Shown piece after piece: positions 1 to 12,920 of a DNA stretch of 64,000 nt. The stretch spans positions 59,024,001 through 59,088,000 of the forward strand of contig NC_042998.1 in NCBI RefSeq assembly GCF_006345805.1, read 5' to 3'. Position numbers and translations under genes: made by a program. This DNA comes from Octopus sinensis (Eukaryota). Below the pieces are notes generated by a model that was not told the DNA's origin, did no database searches, and saw only the letters and a program-made list of their open reading frames with translations. Each line of letters begins with the position of its first letter. Positions within the stretch are counted from its first letter, which is position 1.

Positions 1-290
1 CCTGGAGATTACGTCAGGGTAGGAGAGTGTGCGCCCTCTGGTATCGCGAGTAGATGGCTTCCAGAGGAGAAGAGTAGAAATTGCCTCGTTTAAGGCTCTA
101 CAAAAATGTCCAGCAAACTGGACTCTCCTAACTTTCACAAGAGATGATACAGGTGGTAGTCTCCCATATATTTGTACTTTGGTTGGATCACGTTTCCACG
201 AGAGATTTAGAGCTCTCATAAGGAGGCGAGTGTAAGTTCCATCCAACGGCCTCTCAAGCTTCTTTGATAACATCCAGATTTCTGAGCCAT
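1..290 (-). mobile_element. RTE-like non-LTR retrotransposon, RT C-terminal fragment (runs off window start)
   Basis: Minus-strand translation LDGTYTRLLMRALNLSWKRDPTKVQIYGRLPPVSSLVKVRRVQFAGHF resembles the RTE RT C-terminus; ends at the adjacent SINE. Confidence 0.65.
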
Positions 291-292
291 AT

Positions 293-514
293 AGGCGCAG
301 GAGTGGCTGTGTGGTAAGTAGCTTGCTTACCAACCACACGGTTCCGGGTTCAGTCCTACTGCGTGGAACCTTGGGCAAGTGTCTTCTACTGTAGCCTCGG
401 GCCGACCAAAGCCTTGTGAGTGGATTTGGTAGACGGAAACTGAAAGAAGCCCGTCGTGTCCTGCGTTGCTGTGTTTTTTTCTCTTTTTTTCTGTGTTTTC
501 TTGTTTGGATTAAC

Positions 515-548
<34 letters not shown>

Positions 549-775
549 ATATATGTGTGTGTGTTTGTGTGTCTGTGTTCCCCCCCAAAAAAAAACAACG
601 CTTGACAACCGATGTTGGTGTGTTTACGTCCCCGTTACTTAGCGGTTCGGCAAAAGATACCGATAGAATAAGTACTAGGCTTACAAAGAATAGATCCTGG
701 GGTCGATTTGCTCGACTAAAAAAAGCGGTGCTCCGGCATGGCCGCAGTCAAATGACTGAAACAAGTAAAAGAGTA
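293..775 (+). mobile_element. tRNA-derived SINE family 1 (bipartite, internal microsatellite)
   Basis: A-box-like TGGCTGTGTGG, B-box-like GGTTCAGTCC, CCTTGGGCAAGT segment, internal (TA)n(TG)n, 3' part ending GCAGTCAAATGACTGAAACAAGTAAAAGAG; many copies in the window. Confidence 0.85.
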
Positions 776-862
776 TAGTAGAATTGGTTCGGCTGTGGCT
801 ATATATATATGTATATATATTTTTTTTCTCTCCATTTTTTTCACTCTTTGTTTTCTGTGTCC

Positions 863-898
863 CTTTCTGTAGAAGAGCGTAGACTCGAAACGTAAAAG
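863..898 (+). ncRNA. Minimal hammerhead-like motif with variant core, in a short repeat (about 820-995)
   Basis: CTTT-CTGTAGA-AGAGC GTAG ACTC-GAAA-CGTA-AAAG; homologous copy on the minus strand at about 21548-21586. Confidence 0.45.
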
Positions 899-1533
899 AC
901 TTTTTCTATTCCTGAGCGTTATACTAATACATCTGTTTGTTTTGTACACCATCTGTCTTCGTCTTTTGTTGTTTTTTTCGTAAACTCTCCCTATATATAT
1001 ATCTGTCCCTTTCTCCTGTCTTTTGTCCTCACGTGGCCGCTAGCCACTGCTGGGCGCCCTTTTCGTTCCAGCAGTCGTCGAAGCAACACGTTTTTGTTCG
1101 TCTCCCGCGGCCATAAGGCACAACTTCATAAGCCAGCCCCAACTCAACTCGTCCTGTCGTAAGACCCTTGTTCTACGTCCTGGTTTTGTTTTGTTTTTTA
1201 TCCTTACCGTTATTGTTTTTACGTTTTTGTATTCTTATTCGTGCTTTCCTTATTGTTGTCACGTATTCTGTATTTTTATTCGTGTACATCTTTCGTTTTC
1301 CGTCCTTGTGTTGTATACATTCGAAGCTTTCTTCCAAGGGATCTAATGCGCTTGGCTTAGATTTCCCTTGGGGGCTGCCCAGATCGGAGCAATCTCAAGA
1401 TTAATCAGCCGAAATTGCGAAGATGATCTGGTTCTTGACTGATGACTGAGGGCTTCGAATGTCCCGTCCTGTGGTTCTTGTGTCGTCTCCTTGGTGTTTC
1501 TGTTCTTGTCCATGTCTGTATTTATTTTTTACT

Positions 1534-1582
<49 letters not shown>

Positions 1583-1691
1583 TATATGTATATATATTTA
1601 TACGTATATACATGAATATATATGAATATATACATACTTATATGTATATATATGTATATATGTGTGTGTATATATATATTTATATATATAC

Positions 1692-1741
<50 letters not shown>

Positions 1742-1942
1742 TATATATACACAAATTAGTAAATAAATGGCACAACTAAGTACCGATATTTACTGGAAAT
1801 AGCGAACGTAAAAATACGACGCTAAAGTGTAGCTTCACCGCGTATGTATTAGTAAAAATGCGTGTGTGCAACAAAATAGAGAAAAAAACCGTCTTACCTC
1901 CAGGGAGAACATCTGAAAGATGAAACACCCGGAAAATGGATA

Positions 1943-2019
1943 ATGTGGTACCTGCAGGTTTCAGGTTTTGCAAGATATGTCTCTCACCCATATTTGCTTT
2001 ACCTTCTTCAGCCAAACAT
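1943..2019 (-). ncRNA. Type I hammerhead ribozyme motif
   Basis: Minus strand TGG-CTGAAGA-AGGT..GCAAATATG(loop)CATATCTTGC..ACCT-GAAA-CCTGCAGGTA-CCA; intact core, palindromic helix III ACCTGCAGGT, GUA triplet. Confidence 0.75.
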
Positions 2020-2100
2020 ATACCAAGACGAAACTACGTGTGTATCGTTGGTGATTTTCTTTCTCCGTGTTCCCTTCCTTAGACCTTTCCTTTTTCTATG

Positions 2101-2135
2101 TTTCTGACGAAGAGCTCTGCTCGAAACGTTAAATC
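2101..2135 (+). ncRNA. Minimal type I hammerhead motif in a PLE-terminus-like repeat (about 2035-2240)
   Basis: CTGACGA-A-GAGC TCT GCTC-GAAA-CGTTA; palindromic AACGTT; helix I weak. Confidence 0.6.
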
Positions 2136-2289
2136 CTCCTTCTTTCTTTCCTTTCCTGAGCGTTCAATAACACAATACTTGTTCTGCGTCCTCCCGTTGT
2201 CGTGTTTTCTCTGTGTATTCATGTTTGGAGTAACTATTTATATATGTATATATGTATATATACATGTATATATAAATATATATATATAT

Positions 2290-2478
2290 ATGGTGTACCC
2301 CTACCATCGTTTGACAACCGATTTTGGTGTGTTTATTTCCCCATAACTTAGCCGTTTGGCAATACAAACCGATAGAATCAGTACTAAACTTACAAAGAAT
2401 AAATCCTGAGGTCGATTTGTTCGACTAAAAGTGGTGCTGCAGCATTGCCGCAGCCACATAACAGAAACAAGTAAAACA
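2290..2478 (+). mobile_element. SINE family 1, 3' half
   Basis: Similar to 590-775. Confidence 0.75.
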
Positions 2479-2556
2479 ATAAAAAAAACTATGCTATCTT
2501 AATTCCGAGCACCGCCGGGTATCTCTGCTAGAATATATATATATATATATATATAA

Positions 2557-2835
2557 GTAGTAAACGCAAATGGCGGTAAAATTTTATGTAATGTTGTAAA
2601 AGATTACAGCATCATAAACAATATACCATCAGCAGATAAAACTTTAAACGGGTGAGATTTTAACAGTCGAGCCCAGCAAATGTTGCTTATGTCCAAGTCG
2701 ACTGTTTAAAATCTTACATATTTAAAATTTTTACCAGACGATGGTGAATTGTATGTTATGATTTTATCTTTTACGACTGAAATACGTAAAATTCTGTCAG
2801 AGCAGCTGTCGTAAACTCCATTCGTGTTTTATACC
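2557..2835. repeat. Fold-back element with a decayed hammerhead in its right arm
   Basis: Central stem GATTTTAACAGTCGA/TCGACTGTTTAAAATC; CAGACGA (2735-2741)...GAAA-TACGTA-AAATT (2779-2793). Confidence 0.5.
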
Positions 2836-3829
2836 TATGCCATACCTAAGATCTGCTGGTGAATCGGATCGATGGTTACAAATTGGAAATGGTACTGGCA
2901 TATCTAACATTGCCCTGCCAGCACTTGAAGTCTACAGATTCACTTTATTTCACCGCGAGCTCTATGTGTTTGTAGCAAACCATTTTATGGAGTCTTACAT
3001 GTTGATGTGCCTTGAGGCTTAAAGAATCCTTATGACTAACATACACACACACACACACACATGATATATACATATGTGTCTGTGTGTGTGTGTACATGTG
3101 CGTTCGCGTATGAATATATTCATGTACAAATGTCTATACATACATAACAGTAAAATCGCTTATATTGTTATACTGCTATGAGAAAGCTTTCATACGGCCT
3201 CTCCGTATATGTCGAACAAAGTAACTTTCTATAAGAATGGCATTTTTTTCCTGAATGCTGTAACTTTTATAAAACCAGTAGAAATTCTGCCTCTAATTTG
3301 TGTACTATATGATTGGTAGTAGTTTATAAATGTATTGCATATTTTTCAATAGTTTGATATTTGAAATGGCATAAATTCCACATAGGTAGTACTGGGTATA
3401 TAGTCCTAAGAGATGACCTCTTTTAGAATTATATTCTTTGTTGTACACTTGTCATCTGTCCTACTTTGAGAACTGTCATTTACTAGTTTTATATTTACGT
3501 CAAAGACTAGACTCACTTCAGAAAGAGCCACATACAACTGTCTACGAGATAATACTGGTTTATTTCTCTTTCAATAATTTCAGTAACGCTGTTACGTCAG
3601 TGTTATGGAAACTACTGAAAATATAAAAAAAAAATAATGCTTATAGAGTAAACATTTGCAACTTGGATTAAATCAAAAATATGATTTTCCTATAATATTA
3701 TTTTGTTACTGTATGACTAAGTTAGCAATGTTTAAACAAATAGAAATGCAACCGTACAGACTGGTTATGGCTAGGCTCGAACTCAGAACCCTATGAAGGA
3801 AGTACTGTAACTATCCAAATGAGCTAACC

Positions 3830-4135
3830 ATTAACTTTAGCCATGCTGAAGCACCGTCTTAAGGAGCTTAGTCAAATCGCTTCCTGTATTTATTTTCAGC
3901 CTGGTATTATTCTATCGTTCTCGTTTTTCCCGAACCGCTAGTTAAAGGATATATGAATATTCCAACACTGACGATCAAAGGGTGAGAGACAACCGCAAAC
4001 GCACACGCGACGAATTTCAAATCAGAATGCATTTGTCGGTCCAAGAACATAGCAGAAAATATTTGACGAAAGTGGAGACTGAACTCAAAATCACGTGCTT
4101 GCAAAGCGACGTTCTTAACCACACAGCCATGCCGG
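3830..4135 (-). mobile_element. SINE family 1, decayed
   Basis: Ends CTTAACCACACAGCCATGCC, the reverse complement of the SINE head. Confidence 0.6.
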
Positions 4136-4412
4136 CGAATGTATAATTATTAAACAAAACAGTTAAACGTAGTTAAACATCTTAGGGACAGTATGCTTTG
4201 TATATATAAAAAAATTAGGTCTTCGATTTTGTTCTATAGTTATATTAGATATGAATAGCGTAGCAGATTATTATAGATTTATTTTGCTGACGCAGACCAC
4301 CACGACTCGCCTTCGATTCTACTTTTTTTAGACTTTTAATTTTATTACACATACTTAAACTTACTTACATAGAGATACACAGACAACACAGACAGATAGG
4401 CAGGTACATGTG

Positions 4413-4461
<49 letters not shown>

Positions 4462-4469
4462 CTATATTT

Positions 4470-4890
4470 ATCTTTTACTTGTTTCAGACAACAGACTGTT
4501 CCCATGCTAGGACACTGCCTTGAAGAGTTTTTAGTCAAATGAATCGATCCCAGTACTTGTTGCTTTTTAAAGCCTAGTATCCTATCTATTTATTTATTTT
4601 GCCAAACCGCTAGGTTACGAGGGCGTAAGCATGCCAACACCGGTTTTCAAGCGGCGTGGGTGAGGGGAACAAACAGAGACACAAACACACACACATACAC
4701 ACAGACGCACATACACATATTTATATGAATGTGTATACGATGGGCTTCTTTCAGTTTCCGTTTACGAAATTCACTGGCAAGGCTTTAATGGGCCCGATGT
4801 TATAGCAGGAGATACTCGTCCAAGGCCCCACGCAGTGGGACTGAACCCAGGATCAAGTGGTTGGGAAGCAAGCTTCTTACAACACGGCAT
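4470..4890 (-). mobile_element. SINE family 1
   Basis: Reverse complement of both halves with internal (CA)n/(TA)n. Confidence 0.8.
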
Positions 4891-5693
4891 ATATATCTTT
4901 ATATATTTATATGTGTATATAGTGAGGGCTCATGTTCAGGAGATACAGGGTTTTGCGAGTGTGGAATAAATTCTTAGTAGCCACCATTGTTCCCAAGTCC
5001 TTCCGCTCTGACACTGAGTAGTGGCGCCTACGGTGTCTCAAATATAGTCACGGAATTACCCTTAATGATCAGGTCCTTCAGCAATTTAACTACTCATCTA
5101 AGAGAAGGTAACTCAATACAAATCCCGCACCCTGATAACTACTGGGCTCGTGGTACTGCTTGCATCAGACCAATGCAAGCTTGAAGGACAAGCCAGTGGT
5201 ACTGACTCTACAAAAAATACCCATTATAATTATAAACCCCTGCTGCCCTCTAGGGTAATTTTATGAGCATTTACAAGCGGCCAAGGGAACAATCCCTTAC
5301 AGTAAATCTGGAGTGAGGGCCCAAAGGCATATATATGGATACGTGAAATGTATTTATTTGCCTTTCCTTCGTAGCGTCTCCATCAATGACTGAGATGGTT
5401 AGTGTACATGGGGCTACGTACTTACTTCGGGAAAAAAACCCACGTACAGCAGAGGTGATCAAATTACTGGCTCTGCAATACCGTCGGCCACCCATGAGAG
5501 AAAAGGTGGCTTAAAGCAAGTGTCATGGAATCATAATATAGGTAAGGATAGGTGACAAGTAATTCGGGTTTAAATGTCAGTCTTCTAAGAAACAGGGACA
5601 TCAAGAAAAATAGAAAAGTGAAGATACAGCATTTCGGTGGGAGATATATTGACTTGATAGTATGTGAGTGTACGTATATATAAATAAAGAATA

Positions 5694-5739
<46 letters not shown>

Positions 5740-5894
5740 TATGATATATATATATATGTATGTGTGTATGTATATTTAATTTCGATTATAGGGGCTGTGT
5801 TAACCTCATGAAGGGATATTTTCACCCAAGGAAATACTGGTTCAATATGTAGTATTGTGGGGGAATTAATTTCCTTAAAATAATATATATGTAT

Positions 5895-5925
<31 letters not shown>

Positions 5926-5934
5926 ACACACCAA

Positions 5935-5975
<41 letters not shown>

Positions 5976-6042
5976 TATATATAATATATATGTATATATA
6001 TGTATATATATGTATATATATACGTATATATACACACACACC

Positions 6043-6123
<81 letters not shown>

Positions 6124-6147
6124 AAACATACAGTTTTTATGCATCTC

Positions 6148-6511
6148 AAAGAAGTAAAAGAAAATGGAGGTTGGGAAGTTAATAATTGTTTATTATTAAC
6201 AACAAATTAATCATCATCCCTTACAGCTGTTTCAATTTATTTTCAGTAAATATTAAGTAAATATTAAATTTATATGACCTGATCATAATATCTTCAGATG
6301 GAAGTAAAAATATACTCTTGGATGTTTTATGTGTTTATGGATTCATTATAGCAGACTCTGACGATATTATGCTCAGCTCATGTAACTTTAATATTTCCTT
6401 AATATTTACTGAGTGTTAATTGAAACAGCTGTAAGGGATGATGATTAATTTGGTGTTAATAATAAGCAATTATTAACTTTAACTTCCCAATCTCCATTTT
6501 CTTTTTTCTTA
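6148..6511. mobile_element. Palindromic element with two back-to-back hammerhead motifs
   Basis: About 150-bp inverted arms; + arm CTGACGA (6358)...GAAA-CAGCTGTA-AGGGATG (6422-6440); - arm CTGAAGA (6297-6291)...GAAACAGCTGTA; (TA)n nearby on both sides. Confidence 0.75.
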
Positions 6512-7153
6512 TATATATATAACTTACTTATATATATATAACTTACGTGGTGTTTGATCATATAATAATATGAATGATATATAAATATACGCATATATAC
6601 GTAGATATATATATATACATACCTACATATACATGTATGTATACATGAATATATGGGTACAGGACATCGAAAAAACGTTGAACACAATGAGAAACGAAAA
6701 CATAAAAACAAAAACATAGAAATGAACATTTTTTGGAACAGCGAAAAAACCGAGAAGCGAGACATGATGCAACATAAAGAACATTCCCCTTCTTCAGTTG
6801 TCCCTATTTCATCTACTCCGCATTGCGAAAGCAAGGACAATACGCGACTTCGTTGAAACAGTCCTTCCCGCAAAGTAAATTAAATAAAATTTGAGATTTT
6901 TGCGGAGGGTGAAAGTGGTAACAAGAACAGGACAGTTAGAACAAAACAGTAAAAACAAACGTTGAGGGCTGTTAAGTCAAGACGATAGAAAAATTATTAT
7001 GAACGCTAGGAAGACGAGCTTATGAGAAGAGACAGTATAAGAGGAGACAGTTTTGTCTTTAGGAAGGTAATGAGCAGAAAGATAGATTCTCTTTCGTCAC
7101 GTGTCAGCGACGAGAGAGTCAAGGATGAGGAGTGAGAGAGAAGGAACGGCGAA

Positions 7154-7564
7154 GAAGAGAACCCAGTTACGACTGGGAGACAATTTCTGCGACCACATCA
7201 CCCCTAACATCTGACCACCTAACTCCCCAGACTACAACATCCTTGATTATTATGTGTGGGGCGCAGTTGAGCGAGGGACCAACAAAACCCCTTGTAACAC
7301 CAAAGATGAACTGAAGGCAAGGATTATGGCAGCATTCACCAACTTAAACAAGGAGACCATCCAGAAAGGTTGCAGGAAATTCCGAAGTCCGAAGTCGTCA
7401 GAAAGCCGTGGTTGAAGTTAACGGCGATTTTATTGAATAAATTTATCCTTTAGTATTTCAAAATAGTTTTATGCAATTTTGGTAAATATATGTGTTAAAA
7501 TGATATGTCAATATTGCTTCATTTTTGCGTAATTTAGACGACAGTTTATTCACCACACCTTGTA
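7154..7564 (+). mobile_element. maT/DD37D-like Tc1-mariner 3' fragment
   Basis: Encodes NFCDHITPNI*PPNSPDYNILDYYVWGAVE; ends in a terminus matching the 20523-21422 copy. Confidence 0.7.
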
Positions 7565-7701
7565 TATGTATATAAAGAAGTGTTATTACCATTATTAATG
7601 ATAATAAGATGGATAGCAAGTTTTTAGACCTTTACAGGCAAAATATATGCTAAATTTAGATTCAACACACACACACACACACGCACCACGCACACACACA
7701 C

Positions 7702-7772
<71 letters not shown>

Positions 7773-7819
7773 GATTTCAACGTGAGTGTGCGAGTGTGTG
7801 TATGTGACTTTGTCTCAGC

Positions 7820-8095
7820 TGTTGGCTCATTTGGAGTATGGGTGAGTTCGATTCCACTGCTCCCGTTTGTACCTCATGACGGGCCATCAGCTCATTAGGT
7901 ATTGTAGAGAGGTGGGAGTCTAGTTCCTTTTCGAAAACATCTACGCCCACATTAAGTAACTTTCTTAACTTTTGTGGCATGGCATTGAAGAGATGTGGGT
8001 CATTGAACTCTAGGCTATTGCAGAACTTGTTCCTGGATTTAGATGAAGTGGATGATATATTTGGTACAATACAGTGGCATCCAGTTCTGGCATTT
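7820..8095 (-). mobile_element. CR1/L2-group LINE, RT C-terminal fragment
   Basis: NSLEFNDPHLFNAMPQKLRKLLNVGVDVFEKELDSHLSTIPNE...AVESNS. Confidence 0.55.
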
Positions 8096-8189
8096 CTATA
8101 AATATATACACCTATTTAGATGTTTATATAAGCATATAGATATAGCATGTGTTAAATATTCTTTATACGTATTAAATGCATTATATGTA

Positions 8190-8350
8190 CGCACGAGTGG
8201 CTGTGTGGGAAGTAGCTTGCTTACCAACGACATGGTTCCAGGTTCATTCCCACTGCGTAACACCTTGGGCAAGTGTCTTCTACTATAGCCTCGGGCCAAC
8301 CAAAACCTTGTGAATGGAAGTGGTAGACGAAAAAAGAAAGAAACCAATAG

Positions 8351-8390
<40 letters not shown>

Positions 8391-8650
8391 AGTGTGTGTG
8401 TGTATGTGTGTGTGTGCACGCGCGTTGTGTGTGAATGTTTGTGTGTCTGAGTTTGTCCCCCCACTATGACGCTTGACAACTGATGTTGGTCTGTTCACGT
8501 CCCCGTAACTTAGCGGTTCGGCAAAAGTGACCGATAGAATAAGTACTAGTTTTACAACAAATAAGTCCTGCGGTCGAGTTGTTCGACTAAAGGCGGTGCT
8601 CCAGCATGGCCGAAGTCAAGTAACTGAAACAAATTAAGGAATAAAAGAAT
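8190..8650 (+). mobile_element. SINE family 1
   Basis: Full head, microsatellite and 3' part. Confidence 0.85.
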
Positions 8651-9016
8651 ATATGTACATATACATAAATACACACACACACACACATATATATATATGA
8701 ATGTGAATATATATTATTTATAAAAATATGTATGTATGTGAGTGTGTATGTGTGTAGGTGTACCTATGTATATATTTGCGTATCTCACCTCGCACGTATG
8801 TGCGTACATACATCATACATACATACATACATACATACATACATACATACATACATAGTATTGTTAAATTGTTTCTTTTATATATATATATTTATATACA
8901 TGTCTCAGTAAACTCAGGAAGTCAGCTAGTATAATCCCTCACACAATGTAATAGTAAGACAAAACTGGACTGGACTAGACTGGACTGGTATAATTTTATG
9001 TGTGTTTATATATATA

Positions 9017-9178
9017 CAGGCGTTAGCGTGCTTGTGTGACTCACATGGTTTAGTCCGGGTTCAGTCCCACAGCGTAACAACTTGGGAAAGTATCTTCTAC
9101 TGTAGATTCAGGCTGACCAAAGTTTTGTGAGAGTATTTGGTAGGCGGAAGCTGAAAGAAGCCTGTCGTATATATATAT

Positions 9179-9210
<32 letters not shown>

Positions 9211-9560
9211 GATTCTTTTATTCTTTTACTTTTTTTCAGTCATTTGACTGCGGCCATGCTGGAACGCCTTCTTTAGTCGAACAAATCGACCCTAGCCTGA
9301 TTCTTATTCCATTGGTCCCTTTTGCCGAACTGTGAGGTTACGGGGACCTATATATATATATATATTTGTGTGCGTGTATCTGTGTTTGTGTGCATGCATC
9401 TCCACCATCACTTGACAACTGATGCTTAGGTACCCGTGACTTGACAGTTCGGCAAAAGGGACCAATAGAATAAGAATCAGGCTGGGGTCGATTTGTTCGA
9501 CTAAAGATGGCGTTCCAGCATGGCCGCAGTCAAATGACTGAAACAAGTAAAAGAATACAA
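9017..9560 (+). mobile_element. SINE family 1 carrying an inverted copy of its own 3' half
   Basis: Head 9017-9168; antisense 3' half 9221-9345; sense 3' half 9400-9557. Confidence 0.75.
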
Positions 9561-10049
9561 GAGTATATATATATATATATTCTTTTATTCTTTTATTCTT
9601 TATACATATAAACATACATACTTATATATATATATATATATGGGAATGTTCATGTATGTGTGTGCATGTGCATGCATGTTGTTCACGTTTATAAACATAT
9701 ATAGGTATATGAGTGTGTATGCGTGTGTGTTTGTATGCGCGCGTGTGTGTGCGCGCGCATATTTGTGTGTCGGTGTATATGGACCTGTTTGCGTGTTTCG
9801 GAGATGTGCTTGTCCAGTATGTAGTTTGATTCGAGACCTTGCTTTGAAACTAAAGCAAGTAGACGAAGTTCTTAAATTTATTTTGAACATATATCTATAT
9901 CATAAGGAGTACCAATCACACTACTGCAACCAGTTCGCTTTGTTTACAATAATATACAATAACTAGTATTGAAATACACATAGACATATACACTTATGTA
10001 CACGCTTATATATACATATATACATGTGCAAACATAGGCATATATATAT

Positions 10050-10081
10050 ATTACACATATACAATTAACATGTAATGTATG

Positions 10082-10133
<52 letters not shown>

Positions 10134-10249
10134 ACATATATACGCGCATGTGTTGCTCCAGTATGACCATAGCCGCATATCTGAAGCGAATAGTGGACTG
10201 AAAGAATATCCATACATCATATATATATATATTTATAATTAATATGTAA

Positions 10250-10306
<57 letters not shown>

Positions 10307-10308
10307 AA

Positions 10309-10358
<50 letters not shown>

Positions 10359-10464
10359 TTATCTTTAAAGGTATATATTTATGACTAATGCGTGTATAAA
10401 TATGTATATATATATATATAGGATTAGGGTTAGGGTTAAGTATATATATATATAGAGAGAGATA

Positions 10465-10537
<73 letters not shown>

Positions 10538-11180
10538 GTGATACATAGATAGACCGACACATTTGCTCGTACATATATATATATTATACACACACACACA
10601 CTTATATATACATATATATAATATATATACATACACTCACACACCACACACACACATACATATAGATACTGTGATGTATAATGTCACTGCATCCATATCT
10701 ATACATCTGTCTATCTATTTATCTATAGTATACACATACATGCTTGCGTACATAAGTACTTATTCTTTTGGGCCACCTTTCAGTTGAACCTCTAAATTAA
10801 GAACTTCAACACCGGTAGAGAGAGATGCACAGAGAGAGTTACTTAAGTACACACTCATATCTATGTGTTTAAGAATGCTTGCAAGTACACGTACATATGT
10901 ATGTGTGTGTGCATATATATATATATACATGCATACATACATACACACACACGCACACACACTCACACACATATATATGTAAGTGTATGCATGTGTGTAG
11001 ATGATAGGCAAGAAGATAAGTTGGTAAATAGATAAGTTTGAAGGCTGTAGAATTAGTATGGTATCTAAAATATATATCAAATATATAATATATACATACA
11101 CACACCACACAGACACACATACACACATATATATATATGTGTGCGTGTGTGTGTTTGGGTGTATGTATGTGTGTGTGTAT

Positions 11181-11233
<53 letters not shown>

Positions 11234-11270
11234 AATATGTATGTATACATGTTTATATACATGTATGCAT
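10050..11270. repeat. Compound microsatellite tract (TA)n/(GATA)n/(CA)n
   Basis: Directly visible; (GATA)n at about 10465-10535. Confidence 0.9.
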
Positions 11271-12659
11271 ATTCGCATCGTTTCTGACTTCCTTATCGTA
11301 TATATACCCTTCCTGTTTATGACTGAAGCATGTGATTAAATCTTATATTTATCACCTATTTCTAACACACTGCATAACCTGTCATCACCGGCTCCCACAC
11401 TCATTATTTACATGGTTACGACCGATGTACAATTTCTACTTACCTTTACCGGTAAATTGTCTCATAATTCATAGGTAACCAGCGGATCGGGGTATTGCAT
11501 CCGTGTGTATAGTCTTTAACTAAAAAAAAAAGCAGGTTTCAACTGGGTAGCAAGTTAGTTATCCAACTGATCGACGTGGATCTTTAGCTTGTAGAATCCA
11601 GGAGTAGATACATTAGTAGCACATTAGTAGCACATTAGTAGAACGATGTCACCAGGATTTCTTGGAGATATACTCATGTGTAAAGTATAATTTACAAGTA
11701 CACTTTCCACTAATTGTTGATAGCTTTGTATTTATTTATTTTTCTTTTAAGCTCCAGCAATTCTGATGGATCAAACAACTTGAAAGTTTTACAGTCGTGA
11801 TTGTGCAGTTATTTCTTATTCAGACACAGGACAAGTAGGAGTTCAGTTTCCAAATTTCTTTGTTTAGATGTAATGGGTAATAAATAAGGGATATTTAGCT
11901 GCTATGTCTAGCACATGGGGAACCATTTACAAGGAAGTCTACGAGATGATAGAAGCTTTCACTCGCGTTGTTATAATTTTTTTTTCCTCCGATTGATCTT
12001 GTCCGAACTTATTCATGAGTAAAAGAAAGTATAAAATAAACGTGTTATATGTGTATGTATTTCGGTACACATATATTTATAAAAGTACGTGTGTGTATTT
12101 ATAAAAGTGTTCTTTGTGGTGTGTATGTTTGAATATGTACGTGTGTGTAACAAGAATTCTAACACAGAATGTAGTGCGAACGAAATCTTGTACAAATATA
12201 TTTCGCCTAGCTGGGCTGTGAAATTAGTCCCACGACGGCTTTTTTCGGTCCGGGGCCGGGATGAGAAATATTCATTCAACGAAGATAATTCTACGCTGCT
12301 TTCTCTTCGGTCTGTGGTATTTCTCTATTATCTACCGCTCTGTATAAATTTAGCAACTATGAAAGGCAAGCCATAACAAGCTGAACAAAACGTAACTTTT
12401 TTTAAAAATAAAAGTAAATAGAAAATAAACTTCAACAGCAACAAGGAAGAATAATAACGAATGAAACTTCTTGTACTAGTCGGCTTTTAAAATGTAAATT
12501 TTAGAACAATAAGCACCTAACGACAGGAAAAGCAGTGCGTGATGTCAATGGGTATTTATGGAAATGAAAGTGTGCGTAGCTTGAAACCGTGCAAGAATCA
12601 TTATGCCGTAGGTTTCGTTCGATAACAGATATTCGATGAATGGGACTACCCCGCCGAAG

Positions 12660-12781
12660 ATGACCACAACAGTGACGGCGACGACGATGATGATGATACG
12701 ATGGCGAGAACGAAACTAACAACAACAAAAAAATAACGACGACAGGCACATCAACAATAAGAACAAAAACAGCAACAACAG

Positions 12782-12823
<42 letters not shown>

Positions 12824-12881
12824 TTACGACGACGACTACTACTACACTACTACTAATACTACTACTACTACTACTATTACG

Positions 12882-12920
<39 letters not shown>

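Noticed and set aside
1439-1470. CTGATGA...CGAATGTC as a hammerhead
   Set aside because: GAAA is absent and helices I and II do not pair convincingly
5795-5845. CTCATGAAGGG..CCC..GAAA decayed hammerhead
   Set aside because: Core and stems are too degenerate and there is only one copy
6780-6850. Minus-strand CTGAAGAAGGGG motif
   Set aside because: No correctly placed GAAA or closing helices
10421-10440. TTAGGG repeats as a telomere
   Set aside because: Only two to three units inside a microsatellite tract
11611-11641. 11-bp tandem repeat, three units
   Set aside because: Ordinary slippage duplication
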